This document shows positions 49,002 through 61,200 of a stretch of 64,000 nt of DNA, in pieces. The DNA is from Nymphaea colorata (lineage: Eukaryota). Every line of letters starts with the position of its first letter. Position 1 is the stretch's first letter. The stretch lies in contig NC_045138.2 of NCBI RefSeq assembly GCF_008831285.2, forward strand, positions 26,660,001 to 26,724,000, in the 5' to 3' direction. The notes under the pieces are model-generated. The model made no database searches. It saw only the letters and a program-made list of their open reading frames with translations, and was not told the DNA's origin. The position numbers and the translations under genes were made by a program.

Positions 49002-50165
49002 AGAAAGCAAACACCTTAGCTGATCAGACCAGTTAGTCGTGAAATGATAATTCCTAACATAATTCTCATGAGCGTCAACTCTTTGTGCAAGTCGACACAA
49101 CTCGAGAAGACAACACTCATCAAGAAGCTCCCAAGAACAAGAAGCCCCTAAATTGACTTTATCATATGAGGCTTTTTATTCAATTTTTTTAACATAAGAG
49201 ATCTGATTTAGAGCGAGTTTGAACATATTTGGCTGTTTTCAATCTCAATCTTTCCGCTTAGTCTGGATCAAATCATTCTACCATCTACCATTCTATCATT
49301 TCCTGGTCAAAGATCTTCACAATATCAATAATTTCAATCACAGTCCTTCAAAGATCTCCCCCGATCTCAAGAGCTTAAATCTGAATTTAATAAGCAATAT
49401 TTTAGTTGTTCTTGGGATTAGTGAATTTCACTAAACAAAAGAAAGGAAGAACAAGGTTGATCATAATCGCGCTAAGTGAAACAAACTTTCAATTCTTTTT
49501 TCAAGTTTTTTTTTTTCTTTTTTGTGTTTGATATTGTTTGTTAAACATGTTTCTTATTGACTACAATAATAAAACAAGAACTTTATACGCCTGGCTAAGT
49601 GGGTTACTGATTTGAACACCTCCTATGCCTTCATTGGCATGATGTGATTGGTGGGCAGCCTGCTCACTGCATCTTGTCTCTCTATATATATATAAATATA
49701 AATATAAAACTTGATATCTTCATTTTTGGTTGTTACACTAAGCATGAAGCGCTTCTTTATGGCACGAGCCATTTAATAAAGTTTAATGAAGTGGGTCCAT
49801 ATGATATGAACTGTACGGCTGCCAATTGGGTCCGACCTAGTCGCGAAGCATTCGGACCCACATGAAGCAAACTGACCTGATTGAGACTCGGACTAATAAT
49901 GTTAGAAAGTGACCTCCTTTCAATTGGTTCGCACAATAGCCTGGATTAGAACCTAACAAAAACGTATGATGTAATCTCCTGTCTGCAACATGTGTAGTAG
50001 GTTGCGGGTTTTAACAATTTAGGTTAGGTTTGTTTTTATACTTAGAGCCCATACATGGATGAGAAGGCTAGAGTGGGTCCGCACCTAGTTAGACTAGATG
50101 TTGGTAGATCTTCCTTTTAACATAAACCCATTTTCAATTTTATGACATGGAGGATCCATACCTAG

Positions 50166-50344
50166 CAGCAGTGAAGCTACTTGTTGGCTGGGGTGGGCCA
50201 CTGCCCACGCCAACCCATCAAAAATTTTATTATAATGTGTTAACTTCACATTGTTATGACTTTAAATTTATATGCAGTGCCCACACCAAAGTTGTGTCAC
50301 CTATACAAGTGCTCAACTGATGAAAAATTTTGGCTCCGCCACTA
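50166..50344. mobile_element. hAT-type MITE (CAGTGGCGGAGCC family), degraded
   Basis: Right end TTTTGGCTCCGCCACTA, left end CAGCAGTGAAGCT. Related termini also occur at ~3041, ~10280, ~14665, ~31984, ~33790, ~36333, ~51530 and ~52349. Confidence 0.65.
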
Positions 50345-53300
50345 ATTAGCAGCTAATAGATCTTTATTTCTAGGTTTAAGATTGACCCTCTTCATGGTCC
50401 TAGCGAGTGAGGTGGTAAGAGGAATGACTTCACCAACTCGATGAGAGTCTGAACTCCTCCCACCCCCTTGGCATCTGGGCTGCGTCAATGTCTGGTGTGG
50501 CAGTCCAATATATGTTACTTAATATACCGCTCTCACCTCATATGACTATGCCTCTTAGGAAATCTCACTTTACATTTACTTTGTTCGTTTCTAAAAGTAA
50601 ATTTCTATATAGTTTCGTATCATCAAAGGCCTAAACATCTGGAGTTGGTGATTAAGAAGTTTAGATTGCCATTTAAGAGAATGAATCATAGCAAGGAACA
50701 ACTTACTTCAAGTTTTGAACTGATCAATATTTTTTTAACATGGGCACTAGGATTTATTTTACCTCTGTTCTTGTCCCCAAGTGGGTCCATTGGGAAGGTT
50801 CTGGGATAAACCAGCCTGACCCACTTGGGGTACGGCAAACCGTCCAACGGGGTAGGGCGAGCCTATTTGACCCACTTGCAGTTTACATGTCAGTCTGGAA
50901 AGTTTCTTCATATCTTAAATTATTGGTTCCAACTTGGCTGCACCAACTTATTCAAAAGAAACCATATAATAACAACCAACTTCATATCATTAATTAATGT
51001 AACTTCTTACAATATAATTAAACTCTTTTGAAAAAACACCCCCCTAGCAAATGTGGCTAATAACGGATGACCACTCAATCTTTGGAGCATAACAAATAGG
51101 TGCCCAACATTTCTCTTTAATTCTCAAATCACCACCTCCTCATGAAAAACAAGACACGTGTCGCGTGACCCACGTAGCGCGTCGGTGTTTTATAATAACC
51201 TTGTAAAGAACCATATAATTAACCTACCGAAGCCCGTATTAGAGGCCCTTAATTAATCTCCAATTAACAAAACAAAGTGCTGAGCATGTTGCTTGCAACT
51301 TGGTGCTCCTTTCATCAATGGCTAACTGCCATTAAAGTAACTTTAATAGAGGAAGGGTCTGATACCACTTTGATGCTTGCTTTCCCAGGGGCCAAAGGAG
51401 ACATGAAAATTCATTACGTTCCTCTGTTTTCCTTTCGGATTTTTAGGAAAAAAATTTACTTGTAATTTTTAAAAGTTTTAGTTTAGCTTCCATAAAAATT
51501 TTGAAAATTATGTTTCGGCCCTCCCTTCTTAGCTCCGCCTTCCCTGCAAAGCTCTTCTTTTCTTACCCTATCAAGATGAAGCTAATTGTGTAACCCTAAT
51601 TCATGATGAAGCTTTAATTGTGCATAGAGGCAACTAAAATTTATAAAGTTGGTATGTGTGCGTGTTCATGCATGCCCAAGTATTATAAAAATATGGGTGC
51701 TATATTTTTATTATACAAGTATAAATATTGCTTCTACATCTAACAAACAAACGTTGAATACAATCATACTATATTTTTTAAAACATGCGTTGTAAAGATA
51801 TGTTTCCCAATAGCGTAATTTTTGTTAATAAATGCCTTCTAAATTTTTCTACTATAAAATTGCTAACTCATGGCTTGAAAATTTTGAAAGCTGGACCCTA
51901 GAACGTATATGATCTTAGTAGGATTAAACCCCAGCTACTCAACTTACTGGTGCACATGAAGGCTCCAATTGTTTTAAATCTCAACAAAGTTTTATGAGAT
52001 TGATTGTTGATGTCAAAATGCAATACCGTAAAAGAGTTGAGACTTGAAGACTAAACTTCGTTATTCAAACGGCATATGCTCTAAAAAAAAATAAAAGAAA
52101 AGTTATCACTTAATTGATTCTTGGTCCCCTTTTTTTGCTTTATTTACCTTGTTCATTGCACTTGCAAAAAAAAGTTGTTTTTCTAATAAAATAATCGATT
52201 TCACATGAAATTATGCCAAACTAGTGAGACCTGAAAAACACCGCTACATGCTTAGGTGTTAGAAAACGGCCTCTTAAGGGGCCAGCGATGCCCACAGTTC
52301 AGTTTTGGTTATGCATTGATGAGCGAGTATCCTGTATATATATATAAGAGCGGAGCCAGATTTTTTTTCAGGGGTGAGTCAAACAATTCGCAGGTCGGGC
52401 TAAGAAGAGCGATGGGTCGAGCTAAGAGGAGCGACAAGTCAGGTCAAACTAAAAAAAATTGATTTTTTTGATATAAAAATAAAATCTTGCACTCACTCAT
52501 GCCATGGCCCTGTGCAATGAATCATCTCAATCAATTAACTTTTTCACGATGAGTGATTGAAAGAAAATCAATGAAAAGATTGTTATTAGACAATTAGAAC
52601 AACCTATCGTTATATTCTCCTTAATTTTTTTAGTCATCCATTGAAAAGATCATATCAATGTTCTTACATTGAAGAGTCCTATATTACCAAATTCTCTCTC
52701 CCTCTCTCTCTCTTTTTATATATATATATATATATATATAAACGTTATAAGATGATGCAAGACCGACACATCGACGACAGCTGTGTAAACGACAAGACCT
52801 CTTTTAAAATGATGAAGAACATATGAATAAGCCGACCGATCATCTAATGGGCGTAACCCTAAACAAATAAAGCCACCAGAAACGCATTTGATTACCTCAT
52901 ATCTGATATTAAGATTCATTTGAAAATTTACGAATTTGTAACTCAAATTTCAACATCTTTGATTTTTACCAAAAGTATAAAACTCTACTATAGATGTTTG
53001 TCACTGTTTTCGTCCAAAATCCCAGCTACGAAAGTCTGTCAATATGAAATTCATGTCAATTAAGAAATAGGATACGAACTTACTGCATACACATAATGTG
53101 AAACTACCGATGAGGAAAGCCAATATGAAATGAAATACGAAGTCAACTTCTCTCTCTCTCTCTCTCATAAATATATATATTTATATCTATATATTCTGTG
53201 TGTTCTTATGATATACACATTTATGCCAATTAATATGTTGCATGTACTTTCTGAAATAGTCTAATAAAATAAATTATTAAAAGTTAACAAAAGATGTCTT

Positions 53301-55151
53301 CACAAGAAATAAAATAACGTTATTCGATGGCATATGCCAAAAAATTAATCTTTGCAAAGAGTTTACTAAGTTTTCTGTCCGCCTAAGAAATATTGACAAG
53401 TTGACATGAATAGAGCCGACCCCTCATGCGGCCCGAACTAGTCGAAAGCTATTTCTTGGGGAATCTGATTCATGGCATGCACCAATCCAGCGCTCAAACC
53501 AGATTTTGGATTCTTAGTTCAAATTGGATCCGATTTTACATAACCAATTTCCAACTTCAATTTTGGATACTGTATTCACATAGCGTCGAACTTGAATCCA
53601 TGTCCGAGTTCATGGATCAAACTGGATTTTGAGCCACTCAGGCTCGAGTTGGTTTAGTCAAATTTTTAGTGAGCGAGTAGGGGAAGACACTATTTGCTTG
53701 CTTTCAGTGTCTCGGGATGCTGCTCACATTGCGCTTCAACTCCTGGTTTAATCAACCTTGTCTAAACCCGAATTCATTACAATATAAAGCAACAATTTGA
53801 GTTCAACATAGATGTCTTAAATCACATGCTTTAGAAGCTTTGTGGATTCCAATCAGCATATTGAAGGCTTCAATCAAATACGCAGCATTTTATATTGAAG
53901 AACGATATAGAACTTTTCCTAGACCCAAAAAATGGCATATGGAACCAAAGGTACAAAAGGGAATTTTACATATTTTAGTGGACTGTCGGTTTGTCTCAGA
54001 CCGGATCTTCTTCCTAGGGTCCAAAACTATATATATATATACATACCCAAATTCAACTTTGTCTTGACATTTTCATTTATTACTTACTGCAATTTAAAAA
54101 TCTGATCTTACGCTTGGTGAAATGGGTTTGTGCAATTTGAAAGAACGTTATTATTCTATTAACCCTTCTTTCTTCTTCTTTTTTTTTTCTTTCTTTTACC
54201 AATGTTTCTGTTATTTTATTGAAGGCAAAACAAATTGATCTGCATATTACCTGAAAAATAATTGAAAATACTCGAATAAAAAGTAAGGTCTATAAGTTAG
54301 AGACGGATTTGAGAAGAAAGATATCATATTTGGCCTTAGACATCAATCACCGGAAAAATTAGAAAGGGTTTTCCGGCATCGACATAATCAAAACCATCAT
54401 TCAGGTTTTTGTCAAATCTAGTCTTTGTTCTGCCTAAAAAGAAAAAGTTCTTGAAGGCTCTTCATCTTTTTTTTATTTGTAAGGTCATAGATTGTATGGG
54501 ACACACATGGGTACCCATGGGTAGACCTTTCAACTTACAAGTATATGTCCATCAATAGTTTAGTTTAAAAGAGTAGCACCCATCAAAATCGGTAAAACAT
54601 TTATCTGCTAAACCGACTATGCTACGACCCTTAAAGCAAGCTCTTTAACATTCATTCGATTTAAATACAACTAATTTTCCATTGCTTAAGCATGTTGACA
54701 TTTTGCTGATTAAGTAACCACAACTTGCTGCTAACCATGTTAAACTAACAAAGAGGATGAAGTTTATGCACTGCAAACAACAATTAGTTAGGTATGGCTT
54801 GTTAATTACCTGTAAACTGGAAATTAAGCGGGTATAAATATTGTTAATTGCATACTGAATCTTAAACAACGAGGCAAGTGGTAGCGCCGAAAAGTTTTCT
54901 TGAGGTTTGTGTCTCGGAGAGAGAGAGAGAGAGGAGGGTGGGGAATCGGAAGTTGATTTAGGCAGCAAGACTTGTGAATGAGATAGTTATCGTGAGTGCG
55001 ACTGGTAAGGTAAAAAATGGTGTTGCCATCCTCCCCCAGAAAAGAAAAAGTAAAAAATGGTGGCTTACTCACCAATATTTGTAGTGAGAGATAGTGCTGG
55101 TGGTGAGAGAGGGGAATCTGATGGAAGGGTGAGAGAGAAAGGAAGCATTAG

Positions 55152-55159
55152 TATAAATA
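55152..55159 (+). promoter_or_regulatory. Candidate TATA box of the Raf-like kinase
   Basis: TATAAATA 75 nt upstream of the ATG at 55227, downstream of GA-rich tracts. Confidence 0.45.
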
Positions 55160-55226
55160 ATGGGTGGTAGGAGTCTACGAGGAACTCTGTGAGGAGGAAG
55201 TCTGGATCACCACCACCATCACCACC

Positions 55227-58200
55227 ATGTCTAAGATGAAACATCTGCTGAGGAAACTTCATATTGGGGGAAATTGTGAGGCCAACAATGGCAGGCAAGC
55301 CTCCCCTTCCTCGGCGTCTTCTTCTGCTTCTGTTCCCGCCGACCATGGCAGATCAAATGAGCCGCCGGCCAGATTGGGGGGACGCAGAAGTTCGACGACG
55401 TCGCCGTCTTCGTCCGTGGGGCCGGCGAGATCCAGGTCTGATGGGGCGGACCGAAGGGATGACGCCCTGAATTTTAACCTGCTCGAGGAGGAATATCAGG
55501 TCCAGCTCGCGTTGGCGATCAGCGCATCCGATCCCAACACCACCGAGGATCCCGAAGCGATTCAAATTAAGGCTGTAAAGCGGATCAGTTTGGGGTGTTC
55601 GCCTTCTCCAGCGACGACGCTCGTCGAATTCCTGTCGCTCAGATATTGGGTAGTTTTCGATATCTTTTTCACGTCCTGGGGATTGTTTGTTCTCGTGGAT
55701 CCTCAAGAAATTATCTCACTTATTTAGATGGTGGTGACGGCAGACGGAGATTATTTTGATCATCAATGAACGCTAAGAGCATGCTCCATTTGTTTCTTAT
55801 TTTTCTGCTCTTTCTAATGTATTGCTTATAATTATTAATTGATAGGATATGATGGCAATTCGTGAATGAAAATAACCACAAAACTAACAAATTTATGTAT
55901 CTCTTATAATTGAAAGACATAGGGTTTATCACGTTAGCTTTGTCTTTTGCTCCAATTTTTGGTTGAACTGAGATGTCTAAAAGGAAATATGATCTCATTT
56001 CTGATTTTGTCGTTGCAAAAATTCGTGATGGGAGTTCGCGTGCTGCTGAGTGAAACTTTCGTTTTGAACTTTACCATGTAGTTACGTTGTTGTTCGTTCG
56101 CTATCATTTTCTTTCAAGTGGAGTTGAATTGTGATGGCTCCGTTGTTGAGAGGATTTTGAACTGTACTCAAGCGTAACACTTATTATCATCACATCGAAA
56201 GTAGCCAAATCTGTAGACTAGTGGGTGAAGTTTAGCCAAGGTAAGTGTTTGGCATAGCTGTTTGGGCCAGCCGCTGGTGAAAGGCCAGTAGCTGGTTCAA
56301 TTCCCGTGGATGTCAACTCCTTGCACCAGCCAAAGCAGTGGGGGTTACTAGCTTTAGGCTTTTACACCACTGCACGAGCAACAAAGTCTCGACTCAACTG
56401 CAGTTTTGTTGAGTCACAAACCAATTTGGCAAACAATCATGACGAAGACTTTTATATTGGTAGAAATAACAAAACATTCTCTCTGAATAGAAGATGGATA
56501 TCTGGTTTTTATGTGTAGGACCACTATTATGCAAATAGTCATTCAGTTAAATGGTTATTATTGGAGCATATTTCAATAATTAACTATATGATTCTTTGTT
56601 TTCCATGTTGTTACATGTGTTACTAATAGGAATTATTGATATAGAAGTTCTGTAGGTTCTATTCATAATGATCATTTGTTTCCTGTCTAAAAGGGGGAAA
56701 CTACACCAATTTTGATACAGGCCTGCCATGGGACCTCTTCAAGCAAGTACCTTATTAAGTTTGACGATCTGTCTTTTCAAAACCATTTTTTGTAACTTGT
56801 TAGTTTGTTGGACTTCAGTAGATCCATAACTTGCTACACCATCGTCTGTTTTGATCACAAACAATTGGTGTCTTGATCGATAAACTAATAAAAATATTGG
56901 GTCATCCTTTGTTGGTGTAACTTCTTCATGTCTGAATTTTTCTTTGCTTAAATGGTTATACTAGATAGGTTAGGTTGACCAATATTCAATCTTTTGCGGC
57001 TTTTCCTGGTTTGTCAGGTCTTCTTCATGTGTTACACACTTTTATGCATAGTCCTTTTCTTCTAGATTAACATTCCGAATTTTCATAGCACCATCAACTG
57101 TATATCATTTTTTCTGTATCAGTGCTTAGATGAAAGTTGCTTGATGCACTATAAAGATGTCCAGAAACATATGTCTATTTGTTTTTTCAAATTCATATAT
57201 CAATTGAAGATTTACATGCTTGATGGCAGAACATTGTGTAAATAAGGTTGGTAAATTGCAACCTTTGTTTTTTTCCTTTCCCAGAGAGTATGAAATCTAA
57301 CTCAATTTCAGATTCTGCGTATGCTGGTTTTCTATTGGCTGCTTCTGATTTATACTTCCCCCTGTTATGGCAGAAGTATAATGTTGTTAATTATGATGAG
57401 AAAGTGTTAGATGGATTCTATGATGTATTTGGTGTCATCCACGACCCAACTTTGCAAGGGAGGATTCCATCACTTGTGGAGCTTCAAGCAAAATCATTTT
57501 CAGATGGTGTGAATTGTGAAGTAATTTTGGTAAATCGAAGCACTGATCCTATCTTGAAAAGGCTGGAGCAAAAAGCAGCATGCATTGCCGCTGAATGCCA
57601 TGCATTAGAGCTTGGCCCAGTACATAGTGGTCTGGTTCAAAAGATTGCTGACCTTGTTGTTGATACCATGGGTGGACCAGTTAATGATACAGATGATATT
57701 GCAAAAAAGTGGATAGATAGGAGTCATCAACTGAAAACCTCCTTGAATTCTATTGTTCTTCCTCTTGGTTGCTTAGGAGTTGGACTTTCACGCCACCGAT
57801 CATTACTTTTTAAGGTGAGGCATCTTTTTGGATGCAGTGTTATGCCTTTTTTCAATAAGTCATACCGTACTCTGTAAACTGTGAATTGTGTATTTTTGGT
57901 TTTGTCTTTCAAGCACGAGTGGTTTCATTTTGCATCAGGAATACCAATTCAAGCTTACCTCAATCTGCTACTCAGTGAGTAGTGAGTAGTTTGCAGTCTA
58001 AAAGCACTAGAAATCAGTCTTATTTTTTATTGAAGGGTCCAAACTACCGAGTGAAGTTGTTTGTAATTTCAATATAATTTAATTTTTTTTGAACTTTATG
58101 ATATACATAAATGAGTAAAAGTTAAATACTTTTAATTTCCTTAACTTTTCGGGGTAGGGAAGCAAAATGTCAGTGACTCATCACTCCAGCCTTTTTATTT

Positions 58201-61200
58201 TCCCACTTCAATTGTGGAATATAAATAAGCACAATTTTCTTCATTTGAAATTTGAATTTGCACTTTTAGGTTCGTCAGGATGCTTTTCTTACAAATGCTA
58301 TTTGACAGCTGGGATAGTATTGAAGGAAATGGTAAACCTGGAAGCTTCATAACTGGGTAACCAAGGTTGTCATTGAATGAAGAGAAGAGGCACACAAAGC
58401 AGAAACAAGAAACAAGGAATTCATAACTGTGTGTGAAGCAAGAAATATGATATCAATAAAAAGCATTATATTGGCAAATTTTTGGAGAATTATATAACAT
58501 TTTATAAAATCTTGGAAACCTGTCTCTGATACCTTGAAAGAATCCTGAGTGTGATAAAGCCACCACAGTTCAAGTTCAGCAGAGAATAGGAAAGGAGAGA
58601 AAGCAGTGCATAAAGGGAGGGGGGGGGTGGCAGTTACAATGACAGCCCTCACAAACCTAATTCATTAATGAGATCTGTATATAATTTACATAAACAGAAA
58701 TACCCTTTATAAGATGATTTACAATGTTGTAATTCAGCACATGTTCATTAAGTATGCCAAAGTATTAAACGTGTTTGGATCTCCACAAGTTTTGTCCTGA
58801 TCCAAGACATGTTGAATGCATTACCACGTCTGATCAGTTGCTATCATGAGATCATAGTTAGAAATCAGACTCACAATTCATCAAGTTGATTGTTCATAAA
58901 ATTCAGTTCTAAGTCCTGAAAAACATGGTTCCATTGATGGAAGCTTATGATAGCCATAGCCAAGACCAGGTAACATTAGGTCTAAATTTCTAATCTAGAT
59001 AATTTGAGTTTCTATTTCAAAGTCCATATATTTTTCCCTAGTTATTGGATGTTTCCCATAAACTCTAGTACGACAGAATAGGTAAATGCCTAACTACATT
59101 ATATCAAAATCCATAATTGCAATGTTTTTGTGTGTCATATAAGTGTTGTGTAAGATTCAATTTTATATCTTTACATACCCATGCACTGGACGAAATCCAT
59201 CCTTTTTGCACAGGGTTGCCCAGTAATTATATGCCTGCTGAATTTTTCGTTGCCACATCAACCATATTCTTAATGGACAATTGCAGACACATCGATTGAA
59301 GCCTTCTAAATATGGGGGCAACAGAGGTCACAACTCACAAGCTTGGAAGGAAGTATTCGTAAACATCTTATTTATTCGAGACATACATGAAGTGGAAATA
59401 AAGGGAAGTCCTGGTTTACCTTAAACACTAAGCACTAAAAATTGGGGAGCTGCTATGCAATTTTATCTTGTAGACTTCTTGTGTAAGATAAAGTGATTTC
59501 ATGGAGTTAATGATCTTAAACAATGAAAAGTACGTTGAAGTGTTAATCTTAAATTTCGACCATGTCAACCCTTCAGCAAAAACGTTTTTCTTTGTCCCTT
59601 AGTTATTTTTGTTTCCTTGCACATGTGAGATTAGGTGGCAGATCTGTTGGATTAGCATGAGATCCTATGTGCACTTCATCTAGTTGTGGTGCATTGCTTC
59701 GGTGAGTAGTATGGGATTGATGTTGGAATTTGCTATAGATGATTCTGCGGGTCTAATTTTGAACATGTACACTTCACATTATCAGATATTCAGTGAAGCC
59801 TTCTACACGTGGAGCTACAGAGGCCATTGAAAAGTGTGAATATCTTGCTATTAATCTGAGGGACATGTAGTGGAAATAATGGGAAATGTTGGTTTACAAT
59901 ACATACTAAGCACTATAAATTAGGCCTGATGCTATGTGATTCTGTCTTCTAGATTACTCATGTCAATGAAGCATTTGTTACAAATATCATTCTCGGGTTT
60001 TTAACAACAAGGTTTTTCTCACATATTTTCCAGCAAAGTTCTCTTTCTTGTGCAAATCTCGGGAAAATGAAAAAAATCTAAATAAGAAACTAATAGAAGT
60101 GAAAAAAAAAACTAAATAAGATAATAAAATGATGTTTTAATGATGATAAATAACTGCATTTAAGTTTAAATTTGAATTTATGATGATATTGATGTAAAGA
60201 ACAAGAGAAATAAAAAAGGGAAAAGAAAGGTGATAATTTATTTTCACTTCAAAAAAAAGAATCATATTGTCGAGTTTTTTTTTTTTCCCCTCATTCTTCT
60301 CATTAATATCATGATAATTTCATAAGTATCAGGATGTCTGTGACAATGCAATGAAATGCTGTCTTGAAGGTAATGATCTTAAGCAATGAAAAAGTTTAGC
60401 AAAAATGTTTTCTTTTAACTTAGTTGCTTTTGTTTCCCTGCATTTGTGAAGTCAGGTGGCATATATGTTGGATTAATATGAGATCAAGTGGCAGATATGT
60501 TGGATTAATATGAGATCCTATTTGCTTCTTTTAGTTAAGGAGTTTTACTTTGTGAATCATTGATGTCAAAATTTGCTGTAGATGATTCTGCAAAAACCAA
60601 ATTTGAACTTTTGCAGTTCCCAGGGTTTAATCCAAATGACAATGATATGTCAGCTAAAGTTTGCAGGATTAGTTTGCTCATTGTAGTTTTGGTATTACAA
60701 CATTTAATATTAAATTAGCAAAAAAAATTCTTAAGGTGGTTCAATAATAATCAATAATGGAACACTGACATCTTCTTTAAGTTGCTTTATAATGTCATTG
60801 GAATTCGTTATTCTTCCATGTCTTGTTGAGCTTGTTCTCTTCTCCTATATAAGATGGTCTTGAAGTTATTTGATATGCATATGTACTGAAACTACTATGT
60901 AATATTTATATTGCAGGTACTGGCAGACAAGATCAATCTTCCATGTAGGCTTGTAAAAGGGAGCTATTACACTGGTACTGATGAAGGAGCTGTTAACATG
61001 GTTAAGATAGATCATCAAAGGTACTTGAATCCGACTATTTGCCATGTTGCAGTTTTTTCTTTACTTTCTAAAACTAAGTAATCATAGCTAGCTTTTCATC
61101 TTGGCCATTCAGGACTTTGGTTTTTGCTTGTGTATACTCATAAGGCTACTCCAAGTGTTGTTTGTATTGTATACACATTAATGTCTATATGACGTGTCAT

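Noticed and set aside
55065..55706. Antisense and alternative-frame ORFs over kinase exon 1 (likewise 37955-38472 over CBL10)
   Set aside because: Shadow ORFs of GC-rich coding exons with no independent evidence.
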